The notes below the pieces were generated by a model, which saw only the letters and a list, made by a program, of their open reading frames with translations, made no database searches and had not been told where the DNA came from. Shown piece by piece: positions 1-9,484 of a DNA stretch of 24,666 nt (its first letter is position 1; each line of letters begins with the position of its first letter). The stretch lies in NCBI RefSeq assembly GCF_006345805.1, contig NW_021836268.1:1-24666 (forward strand), in the 5' to 3' direction. The DNA is from Octopus sinensis. Lineage: Eukaryota. The position numbers were made by a program, and so were the translations under genes.

Positions 1-48
1 TTAGATAGTTATGTAGAAGTAATTTGAAGTAATTTGAAGTAAACGTAA

Positions 49-418
49 GCGCAGGCATCGCTGTGTGATTAAGAAAATCGTTTTGCAACGAGGTTTCGAG
101 TTCAGTCCTGGCCAAGTTACCTTTACTCTAACCCTGGACCGACCAAAGCCTTTTGAGAGAATTCGTGACGGTAAACTGTGTGGGAGCCATTGTGTATATG
201 TACACACACACACACACGCACGCACGCACACACACACACACATATGATGTCGGTTTGTTTACGTCTCCATAACAAGGCGGCTCGTTAAAAGAAACTGATA
301 AAATAAGTACCAGGTTTAAAAGAAAGCAAGTAATGGGGTCGATTTGTTCCACTAAATCCCTTCCAGGCAGTGCTGCAGAATGGACGCATTCCAATGATTG
401 AAACGCAGAAAATAAAGA
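49..418 (+). mobile_element. Degenerate tRNA-derived SINE, family A
   Basis: B-box-like GAGTTCAGTCC (99-109), body GACCGACCAAAGCC, internal (CA)n, and a tail (GGGGTCGATTTG...ATGATTGAAAC) homologous to 1311-1707. Confidence 0.8.
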
Positions 419-435
419 TTTCTCATTAATCAACT

Positions 436-588
436 CTCTTTTTACTCTTTTTACTTGTTTCAGTCATTTGACTGTGGTCATGCTGGAGCACCACCTTTAG
501 TCGAACAAATCGACTCCAGGACATATTCTTTTATAAGCCTAGTACTCATTCTATCATTCTCTTTTGCCGAACTGCTTCGTTACGGAGC
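436..588 (-). mobile_element. SINE family A, 3' half only
   Basis: Reverse complement matches 1560-1704 (about 85-90% by eye), including the terminal (GTAAAAAGA)n repeats. Confidence 0.85.
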
Positions 589-625
589 ACACCAAAAAAA
601 ACAAAAAAAAAAACAAAAAAAGAAC

Positions 626-980
626 ATGGCAATGAAAAATAACAAACTTTTGGAATGGGAGATCATACCGCCTAAAAAGTGGTTAAAAGACCGTGAAGAT
701 AGGACGGTGGTGTTGAGAACCTACTCCAAGGCACTCGACACCATCGCCCTATTCGAAAAGACGGCAATTGAAAAGGAGTTGGAAGACACAGGACCCCGAA
801 TGGCCTCTGCAGGTAGCTGTGGAGGTCGTGACGTTCGACGTGACGCTTGGGCTAAAGGAGCTCAAGGAAGACTATAACTTGGTCCCGGGCGACGCTGACT
901 CGGGACTTGATTACGTTCTGAGGGAGGCGTGGTTGATGGTGGAGGGCGCGGGCACAAGCGACTTCGCGGACGATATGTAA
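626..980 (+). pseudogene. GC-rich frameshifted ORF, about 117 aa, acidic, function unknown
   Basis: ATG at 626 after an A-rich leader. Frame 1 reads MAMKNNKLLEWEIIPPKKWL...EKELEDT; a +1 shift near 790 gives DPEWPLQVAVEVVTF...TSDFADDM* (TAA 978-980). 781-960 is 60% GC (108/180 counted). Confidence 0.4.
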
Positions 981-1001
981 TTATTGAACTGTTATTATTT
1001 G

Positions 1002-1135
1002 TAATGGACTGCTAAGTCCAAAAATTGAAAAATTGTAAGAGGTTTAATACCTCGTTTTGTATTTATTTTTATTAATAATGGACTGCTAAATCCAAAAATT
1101 GGAAAAATTGTAAGAGGTTTAATACCTCGTTTTGT
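1002..1135 (+). repeat. Two-copy ~74-bp tandem repeat, each unit with two small hairpins
   Basis: TAATGGACTGCTAAGTCCAAAAATTG...GAGGTTTAATACCTCGTTTTGT at 1002-1060 and 1076-1135. Confidence 0.9.
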
Positions 1136-1310
1136 GTTTATCCTTAAAAAGAACAATGTTTTAGAGAAGCGAAAGTCGGCGGGCGCTTTTTGTCTTCTCC
1201 CATCCTTATCATCTTTCTTTCATTATCATTCACTTCATTAATGTCCTCGTCCAGCCCGCAAAGCTAACTTAATCTGTGTACTGCCTTTATGGCAAATGTT
1301 TTGAAATAAA

Positions 1311-1707
1311 GTAGCTTGCTAACCAACCACATGGTTCCGGGTTCAGTCCCACTGCGTGGCATCTTGGGCAAGTGTCTTCTGCTATAGCCCCGGGCCGACC
1401 AATGCCTTGTGAGTGGATTTGGTAGACGGAAACTGAAAGAAGCCTGTCGTATATATGTATATATATATATGTATGCGTGTGTATGTGTTTGTGTGTCTGT
1501 GTTTGTCCCCGTAGCATTGCTTGACAACCGATGCTGGTGTGTTTACGTCCCCGTCACTTAGCGGTTCGGCAAAAGAGACCGATAGAATAAGTACTGGGCT
1601 TACAAAGAATAAGTCCTGGGGTCGATTTTCTCGACTAAAGGCGGTGCTCCAGCATGGCCGCAGTCAAATGACTGAAACAAGTAAAAGAGTAAAAGAGTAA
1701 AAGAGTA
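1311..1707 (+). mobile_element. SINE family A, near full length (5' end clipped)
   Basis: B-box-like GGTTCAGTCCC (1340-1350), TGGGCAAGTG core-like motif, internal (TA)/(TG)n, and a 3' (GTAAAAGA)3 tail at 1681-1704. Confidence 0.9.
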
Positions 1708-2023
1708 TAGAAGCTGTTACGGTAGGAAACCTTTGAACAATATTATGGTGTTGCATTCAACTTACGGCCAATAAAACCATTATTTCATCTTGTAACGCAG
1801 TTGAGCCTGCCTTGCTGTTTATAACATGTAACAAGTCATAACAATGGTCACATAAAACTATAATATTTGTGATGGAAACAGCTACCGTTGGATGCTTATC
1901 GAGTGATATTCTTCAATGACAAGGAAAGTCTAATCAGTGCATCAGCAACGCTTTCTTATTATTCAAATTATTAAAGCGAAGAAGAATGAAACAGAAAGAT
2001 AAATAGACAGATAAATAGATGGG

Positions 2024-2074
2024 GAGAGAGAGAGAGAGAGAGAGAGTGATAGAGAAAGAGAGAGAGAGAGAGAG
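2024..2074 (+). repeat. (GA)n microsatellite
   Basis: Direct reading. Confidence 0.95.
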
Positions 2075-2262
2075 GGGGAAGAGAAAGAAATGGAAAGCGA
2101 TAATCGAATGGTTGAGGTTATTCGATTGATGGCCATCACTGTGGAAAAGATTGTTGGGACGGTTGTCGTATTAGGTGGTAGAAGAGTGTGCCAAGAATGC
2201 AAACCTGTCAGAACATTGGACTAGAATTTCTTACGCTTTTTAAATAATTCCTTCACGTCTAA

Positions 2263-2330
2263 GGCTGTGAGCTGACAGAATGATTAGCGTGCCGGACCAA
2301 CTGCTTAGCGGCATTTCGTGCGTCTTTACA
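2263..2330 (+). mobile_element. SINE family B, 5' fragment
   Basis: GTGAGCTGACAGAATGATTAGCGTGCCGG...TGCTTAGCGGCATTTCGT matches the start of 11764-11998. Confidence 0.7.
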
Positions 2331-2344
2331 GCGCTTCAAACATT

Positions 2345-2455
2345 GAAAGCGTGTGGCTTGGTGGTTAGGGTATTATGATCACGATCGAAAGGTCATGAGT
2401 TCAATTCACGGGTGTGCGTTGTGTCTTTGAGGAAGATACTTTATTTCCCGTTGCT
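2345..2455 (+). mobile_element. tRNA-like SINE head, family C
   Basis: A-box TGGCTTGGTGG, B-box GAGTTCAATTC, then GTTGTGTCTTTGAG. Inverse-homologous to 2820-2908. Confidence 0.75.
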
Positions 2456-2625
2456 ATAGCAACCCCCGTTTATTGTTCCTTCACCTCATCTTTGTGCTTT
2501 CACTATTTTTGGACCATAACTACATAGAAGCTTCCTTGTTCAGTTTTAGTCTCAATCGTTGATATATATATAGAGTCGGTTCACGAAAGTCTTACCATCT
2601 GGCCCCGTAACAAGCATTTTACTTA

Positions 2626-2908
2626 AGTGGCACTCCAGCAGTCACCACGACGAAAGTTCAAGTTGATCCGATCAACGGAATAGCCTGCTCGTGAGATTAA
2701 CGTGCAACTGGCTGAGCACTTCACAGACACGCGTACCCTTAACGTAATTCTTAGGGAGATTTAGCGTTACACAGAATGTGACAAGGCTGGTCCCTTGAAA
2801 TACAGGTACTACTCATTTTGGACACTACTCAAGGACACGACGCGCCGCAGGATAGATAACCCACGACCATAAGGTCGTGAGCCGAATAACATAATCGTTA
2901 ATCTACGC
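2626..2908 (-). mobile_element. SINE family C (head plus tail shared with 9300-9484)
   Basis: 2628-2810 is the reverse complement of 9300-9484 (about 80%); tRNA-like head remnant at 2820-2908. Confidence 0.8.
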
Positions 2909-3244
2909 ACATTCACAGTATTATGCTTAATTTTACTTAAACTAACAAAACACAAAATGGATGCTACTTTGGCAAAAAGAGGGAATATTGGAAGAATATA
3001 GCTCGATTCTTGTACATTTGTACCTTCTCCATCAGATTCTAAAATCTGTTAAAGTTGGCTCCAACTTTGATTTATCTAGACGCAATAAAAATAAACTCTG
3101 TCGTTATCTGGCACCAGGACGCCTCTGCCCGAGTGATATGAAGATCGAAAGCGTTCTATCCTTGACCATTTGGTCGATTTCAGTATCTAGATTTACATTC
3201 CCAACTTAACTGTGTGTTTTCACTCTTCGTATGCTTCAAATACG

Positions 3245-3448
3245 GAAAAGCAGCAAGCCGGATAAGATACATTACGGCATTTCTTTCGGTTTTACCCTCT
3301 GTGAGTTCATATCCCACCGAGGTCAACTTTACCATTCATTCTTTCGAGGTTGATAAAATAAAATGACCAGTTAAATATTGACGCCGATTGTATCGACCTT
3401 AGTACTGTCTCCAAGATTGCTGACCGTGTAGCAAAATTTGAAACGATA
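3245..3448 (+). mobile_element. Degenerate SINE family B
   Basis: GTGAGTTCATATCCCACCGAGGTCAACTTT...CATTCTTTCGAGGTTGATAAAATAA and tail CAAAATTTGAAAC, as in the other B copies. Confidence 0.7.
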
Positions 3449-3527
3449 TTTCAGAAAACTGTACAGAGAATATGTGAATGGGGGAAATTTGCTGCTATTT
3501 CTAGCCGATCAAAAGTTGTGCATACAC

Positions 3528-3721
3528 CAGTGGTTCCAAAACTTTTTAATTTAAGGGTCAGATAGAAAATCTGGTTTCTTTTAGAGAACGGCACCAAAAT
3601 AAAACGCAAGACGATTGAAGAAAGATTTTTTTTATATTAATAGCGGAAAGACCATCGAGGGACGCTGGAAGGATGTTTGAGGGCCGCATGAGGCACTGGG
3701 AGTCGTAGTAGAGAAACACTG
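3528..3721. mobile_element. Putative hAT (Charlie-like) MITE
   Basis: Termini CAGTGGTTCCAAAACT / AGTAGAGAAACACTG and subterminal GAGGGCCGCATG, typical of Charlie-type MITEs. No intact 8-bp TSD seen. Confidence 0.55.
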
Positions 3722-4080
3722 GTATAAGTTCCCTCACTGTTATAAACTAAGGTCAAGCCAATCACCTACACAGATTCAGTGAGAAATCTATAGATCTACA
3801 GGGCTGGCATGGCTCCCTTGTCGTTCCCTATCTCTATGGTAATCTGCTATAACATATATTTGGTTGTTCCTCCCTTGACTTCCGCTGACACAGATCACTG
3901 CAAGTCTCCTGGAATTCAAGTCATTACATACAATTAAGAAATCAATACATCAATATATTAATGCTGGAACCGATAGTAAGTCGATAAAAACGTCAGCTTC
4001 TCATCTGAGATTAAATCCGCAGCAGCATGGCAGCAACAACAACAACAAAAGTAACAACAACAACAACAGTAATAATAGTC

Positions 4081-4296
4081 TTTTCCTCAATTGGCACGAG
4101 ACCTGAAATTTTTGGGGAAAGGGGAATAGTCGATTATATCGACCCTAGTGCTCGACTGGTACTTGATTTATCGACCTCGAAAGGATGAAAGACAAAGTTG
4201 ACTTCAGACCGAATTTGAAGTCTGAACGTAAATATGGACGAAATGCCGCTAAGCATTTTACCTGGGGTTGTAACGATTCCACCAGCTCGCTCACCT
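4081..4296 (-). mobile_element. SINE family B, flanked by (CAA/TAA)n
   Basis: Reverse-complement homology to 11764-11930 plus the GTGCCAA-type tail. Confidence 0.85.
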
Positions 4297-4304
4297 ATAT
4301 CATT

Positions 4305-4368
<64 letters not shown>

Positions 4369-4459
4369 TGATGATGATGTATTGGTATTGGATGAAGTCG
4401 TTAACCACTATCTTATAAGCGTCCGTTCAGGCTCTGCGATGGCCAAATGTTTCTAACTA

Positions 4460-4783
4460 GAGTAAAGATTATTTGCCAACATAACATGGCTGTCCTGGTT
4501 TAGGACGAATGTTGCTGTAATTTAGCCCCAGGAGACATTGTCTCCAGCTGGCTATGCGACACGATCTGTGTCATATTTTCAAACAAGAGGATCGAGCACC
4601 CCCACTCGCGACACAAAGATACTTTTTGAGGTGGGCGGGGGTGCTATATTCCCTTGTTCAAAAATATAAGGACACAGATCGTGTCGTATAGCCAACTGGA
4701 GACGATGTCTCATGGGGCTAAATTACAGCAACATTCGCCCTAAACCAGGACTGCCATGCTATGTTGGCAAATAATCTTTACTC
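4460..4783. repeat. 324-bp fold-back palindrome (MITE/foldback-like)
   Basis: The outer 113 bp of the arms differ at 7 positions. Pairing continues imperfectly to a 3-nt loop at 4619-4621. Confidence 0.9.
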
Positions 4784-5039
4784 CAAAGTACTGTTGCTGA
4801 ATATCTCTCTTTGTGAGATTTAGAAATATTAATTTTATAAGTTTCTAACTGAGCTACTAACGAGTGCAATAAGAGATACAGTAACGAAATCATTATTCTA
4901 TACCTAATAAATGGTTTATTGTAAGAGTGGAATGTGTGTAGCCATCTGTTAATAAATACGATCGATTTGTTATGGTGTTTCTTGTGGAGACAAAATATTG
5001 TAGTCTTATTGTTATTCGATAGACGTGTCACAACATAAC

Positions 5040-5081
<42 letters not shown>

Positions 5082-5158
5082 TCATGTATATTAAAATTAA
5101 CAGAATGAGATAAAAAAAAATCCAAGGCTGCGAAAGATTTCAAAGCATTTATAAAGAG

Positions 5159-5206
5159 GTCTTACAGCTGTTTCTGGGATATATTATATATCCCTTCATC
5201 AGAGAC
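5159..5206 (-). ncRNA. Minimal type I hammerhead ribozyme motif (Penelope/retrozyme type), within repeat ~5085-5235
   Basis: Minus strand: GUCU CUGAUGA A GGGAUAUAU-A-AUAUAUCCC A GAA ACAGCUGU A AGAC. Stem I GUCU/AGAC, palindromic stem III, GUA cleavage triplet. Confidence 0.7.
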
Positions 5207-5283
5207 AGTGCGAGAAAATGGTTAAGCAATAGATATGAAATATATATATACTCATAGATATGAAATATATATACACTCATATA

Positions 5284-5317
<34 letters not shown>

Positions 5318-5454
5318 TATATATATATATATACACATACACACACACATATTCATATATGATACACATACACGCACGTATATATACATGCATATAAATG
5401 CACACACACAGACATTCAATTTTAAAATAAGAACAGAAATGGAATTAGAAAATG

Positions 5455-5532
5455 TCACAACGGCTGTTTCAACAGCATTTTTATTGATAAATACTTCGAT
5501 TACATCTTGTAAAATCTGCCATCATCAGGTAA
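5455..5532 (-). ncRNA. Second hammerhead ribozyme motif, with long stem II
   Basis: Minus strand: UUAC CUGAUGA U GGCAGAUUUU...AAAAUGCUGUU GAA ACAGCCGU U GUGA. Core intact; stem III has one mismatch to the ACAGCUGU palindrome. Confidence 0.55.
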
Positions 5533-5571
5533 TTTTAATCAAATGATCATAAAGGTATGTAGAGAACTGGA

Positions 5572-5840
5572 ATGGACCAACTTGCTAAATGTTTAGCCAG
5601 ACAAGAGAAGTTGCTAGTAGAACATGAATTTGAAGGGTTGCCAGTATCAGTCTAAGGGTAGAGTTCATTCTTGCTGGTCGTAGAACGAATTTCTTTGTTC
5701 CGATAGGCAGTATAATTGCAGAAGAGTACGCGATGCTATGTATGGGTAGGAGGGAGTGCATAAAATTTATAGCATTGCTGGAGGTTAGAGGACTTGATAG
5801 TGGGGGATCGGACAGCGAAGCCTTTCGTCCCGGCAAGTAA
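5572..5840 (+). pseudogene. Frameshifted ORF remnant at the outer end of the left palindrome arm
   Basis: MDQLAKCLARQEKLLVEHEFEGLPVS, then a -1 shift, LRVEFILAGRRTNFFVPIGSIIAEEYAMLCMGRRECIKFIALLEVRGLDSGGSDSEAFRPGK*. The paralogous C-terminus is on the minus strand at ~8220-8344. Confidence 0.35.
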
Positions 5841-6870
5841 GTTAGAGTTACTTCCATTTATTTTTTAATACAATGCAACAAGAGTTTTGGGGTTAAATGT
5901 AAAATATAAGGCCATCCAGTTATTTATATATTTACTTATTTAGCAGCTTTTCTCTGCCTACTTTATTGCCAGAAGGATAAGTGATAGAGACACAAAGTCT
6001 GAGATTCTATTATGGGGAGGGAGTGACGAATAATAGCCGTCATCCAATCAATAAATAGATAAATAAAGAAGTAAAGAGAATGCAATAAAAAATATATGAA
6101 AGCAAAAAGGATAACAATAATAAGAGAAAGATCATAATAAAAATTTATAATAAAAAAAGGGGATATAATAAAAGAATATGGACAGTAATAAAAATGGAAT
6201 TGGTAAATAGTGACTTAGTAAATAATAGCATAGGAATTATAAAGATAATTAAAGAGTAGTCAGAAATAGCATAATCGAATGGAGTAAAGTAAAATAAAAT
6301 AAGGTAATATGATAGGATCAGGTACATTAGCAAGTAAAGGGGTGAAAAGGCAAAATAATAATGATGATAACGAAACAATTGTAGAAAGACAGAACATATA
6401 AGACCCAAAATATTCTAATATAAGAATATTAAAAAATGTATTTAAAAAAATATGACAATGAAGACACGTGTTAATCATAGTTTGTTGTAAATTCAAAGCA
6501 GTATTACTTACTACAGTAATATGATAAAAATATAAAAGTATTCATTAAATTTCCGAGTATGTAAGGCAATGTTCAAGATATATGAGAAAGGGAATCGGGT
6601 CCGTATCAATGACTTAGTTGCGAGGGTTGGGCAAGCATTTATTTATATTTATAGCTTCAGTTAATAAAAGTACAAGATAAGGACTGAGGGCTATGATAAG
6701 ACACCAACATATAATTCAATGTAGTGAAATATAACACTTATAATATATAATAAAGGTATGGTATGATGTCAATAGGGTTAGGCAATCTATTACATGATAG
6801 ATGCGTTTGAGGACCAATTACCATAGATATACAAGAGTTATAAAAGGTATATTAAATTTATCGAAGGTAT
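5716..6870. repeat. Left arm of large inverted repeat
   Basis: Reverse complement of 7025-8344, apart from three indels. Confidence 0.95.
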
Positions 6871-7024
6871 ATTATTGCTGCCATATAATTTTGCAACTTA
6901 CGATATACAATTATTTATATTATTACCATAATTGTAAATATTACTGCTGCATCAGTGCAGTACAGCTCCCAAAATTACTGCAGAGCTTAGGACCACCTGC
7001 ATCAATACCTTTACTGCTGCATCA

Positions 7025-8344
7025 ATACCTTTAATTAATTTAATATACCTTTTATAACTATTGCCTAACCCTATTGACATCATACCATACCTTTATTACA
7101 TCCGCCTTAGCGAACGAGAGGTTTTATTTCAGTGGTGTTTGTTGGTTTTCCGTGGACAAGGTATCTCAAGAACCGCTGGATGGAGGTGGATAATACTTTC
7201 AGGGATGTTTGGCTTCAGGACTGGCACGAAGTGATTAGATTTTGGGATCGATCCGGTACAGGACAAGGATTCTGGATTATTTTTTGTTGTTTTTTTCTTT
7301 TTGTTTTTTTTTTTTACTTAATTTTTGAGTGCGGTCGGGTTCATATTTAATATTCTTGTTTGTGAGAGAAGTCGAGTTTATTTCAGATATTCTCATTTTA
7401 AAAATCATCTTTGGCTAATCGATGAGAGGACATTGGTGTTGCCCGGGCGAAGGTTTGCTCTCTCTGAGTGCTCTTATTATATATTATTCCTATTATATTT
7501 CACTACATTGAATTATATGTAGGTGTCTTATCATAGCCCTCAGTCCTTATCTTGTACTTTTATTAACTGAAGCTATAAATATAAATAAATGCTTGCCCAA
7601 CCCTCGCAACTAAGTCATTGATACATTTTTTAATATTCTTATATTAGAATATTTTGGGTCTTATATGTTGTCTTCCTACAATTGTTTCGTTATCATCATT
7701 ATTATTTTGCCTTTTCACCCCTTTACTTGCTAATGTACATGATCCTATCATATTACCTTATTTTATTTGACTTTTCTCCATTCGATTATGCTATTTCTGA
7801 CTACTCTTTAATTATCTTTATAATTCCTATGCTATTATTTACTAAGTCACTACTTACCAATTCCATTTTTATTACTATCCATATTCTTTTATTATATCCC
7901 CTTTTTTTATTATAAATTTTTATTATGATCTTTCTCTTATTATTGTTATCCTTTTGCTTTCATATATTTTTTATTGCATTCTCTTTACTTCTTTATTTAT
8001 CTATTTATTGATTGGATGACGGCTATTATTCGTCACTCCCTCCCCATAATAGAATCCCAGACTTTGTGTCTCTATCACTTATCCCTCTGGCAATAAAGCG
8101 GTCAGATAAAAGGCTGCTACATAAGTAAATATATAAATAACTGGATGGCCTTATATTTTACATTTAACCCCAAAACTCTTGTTGCATTGTATTGAAAAAT
8201 AAATGGAAGTAACTCTAACTTAATTGCCGGGACGAAAGGCTTCGCCGTCCGATCCTCCACTATCAAGTCCTCTAACCTCCAGCAATGTTACCAATTTTAG
8301 TCACTCCCCCCTACCCATACATGACCTCGCGTAGTCTTTTGCAA
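7025..8344. repeat. Right arm of large inverted repeat (interrupted by an insertion at 7099-7473)
   Basis: For example 7621-7641 is the reverse complement of 6421-6441, and 7490-7624 is the reverse complement of ~6603-6735. Confidence 0.95.
7093..7475 (+). mobile_element. Non-autonomous Helentron-associated (HINE/DINE-1-like) element
   Basis: 5' TTATTACATCCGCC; subterminal inverted motif GGCGAAGGT (7446-7454); 3' hairpin GCTCTC-TCT-GAGTGC (7457-7471) ending in TT. Absent from the opposite palindrome arm. Confidence 0.55.
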
Positions 8345-9108
8345 GTAGTATTTAAGTGGACAATATGTATAGATATTAAACTATTTCTAGATAATTTCTT
8401 TTCCTCCCTCTATTAAGGTAAAAGTTTGGTATATACTCAAAAGTAGTCATATATTTCTATCGTTTTGTTATAATATAATTCTTCTTAATAATCCTCTGAA
8501 TAACCTTAAAACTTTAACTGCATACAATATAACAACTTTGTTTAAAATATCTAAATATAGTACTACATGCTAAGACTTCCCCTGTTTCATTATAAGCGGT
8601 CTGCTAGTAGGGGACCCCCTTAATTGTCAACTAACATTTTGTTTTAAGTTTTCCTTTACCAAACCTCATGATATTGCTACTAATAAATCTTGATTTTTAT
8701 GAATATACCAACTATGATGACTGTCTGCTCCCTCAGCCTCACTACTAACAGATTCTGCCCTCTGTTCTCTCAGTCTTGGGTATAAAAGGGATATGATAAA
8801 CTAGTCTATAAATTAAAGAGTCAGTAACAATGTATATCTTCTTCAAAAATCAGTAACTTCTATGCTGGAGTGAGACAGTATGTTCTTTGTCTATCTCCTT
8901 AACTTCTTGGAGATTTTCGGTATAATTATACTAATGTGTCCATCTGTTCTAACTTAATTAAATTCTATGTCTTTGTGCAGCTGAAGGTTGCTCTGCATTT
9001 TAAATTGATATAATGATTGCATTGTTCAATTAAATGGAGTTGCATGAAACGATCATACTGCATTACCTCTGTATATCCTTGTTGCTTATTTTGATATTTT
9101 ATTTTGTG

Positions 9109-9484
9109 TAGGCGCAATGGCTCAGTAGTTAGGGCAGCGGACTCGCGATCGTAGGTTCGCGGTTTCAATTCCCAGATCGGGTGTTTTGAGAGTTTATTGA
9201 GTGAAAACTCCTAAAATACCACGAGGCTCCAGCAGGGGTGGTGGCGAACCCTGCTGTACTGTTTCACCACAACTTTCTCTCACTCTTCCTGTTTCTCTTG
9301 TACCTGTATTTCAAAGTGCCGGCTTTGATACACTCTGTGTAACGCTGAATCTCCCCGAGAACTACGTTAAAGGTACACGTGTCTGTTGAGTGCTCAGTCA
9401 CTTGCACGTTAATTTCACGAGTAGGCTGTTCCGTTGAGCGGATTAAATGGAACCCTCGTGTTGTCGTAACCGAAGGATTGTCAC
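9109..9484 (+). mobile_element. tRNA-derived SINE (head D, tail shared with family C)
   Basis: A-box TGGCTCAGTAG, B-box GGTTTCAATTCC, tail homologous to the reverse complement of 2628-2810, followed by (CATA)n. Confidence 0.85.

Noticed and set aside
1002-1135. CRISPR-like palindromic repeats
   Set aside because: Only two long units, no unique spacers, eukaryotic context.
3033-3068. Two adjacent small hairpins (CAGATT/AATCTG; AAAGTTGG/CCAACTTT)
   Set aside because: Short and AT-rich with no second copy or context; could be chance.
6145-7915. Hydrophobic ORFs (6145-6408, 7682-7915) suggesting a mitochondrial insertion or membrane protein
   Set aside because: No recognisable mitochondrial gene motif; explained by the T-rich strand of the palindrome arms.
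8814-8834. YIVTDSL on the minus strand, resembling an RNase H motif
   Set aside because: Single short motif among many stops; no other catalytic residues identifiable.
9109-9190. tRNA gene
   Set aside because: A and B boxes are present but there is no complete cloverleaf, and it continues into a SINE body. The same holds for the other tRNA-like heads.
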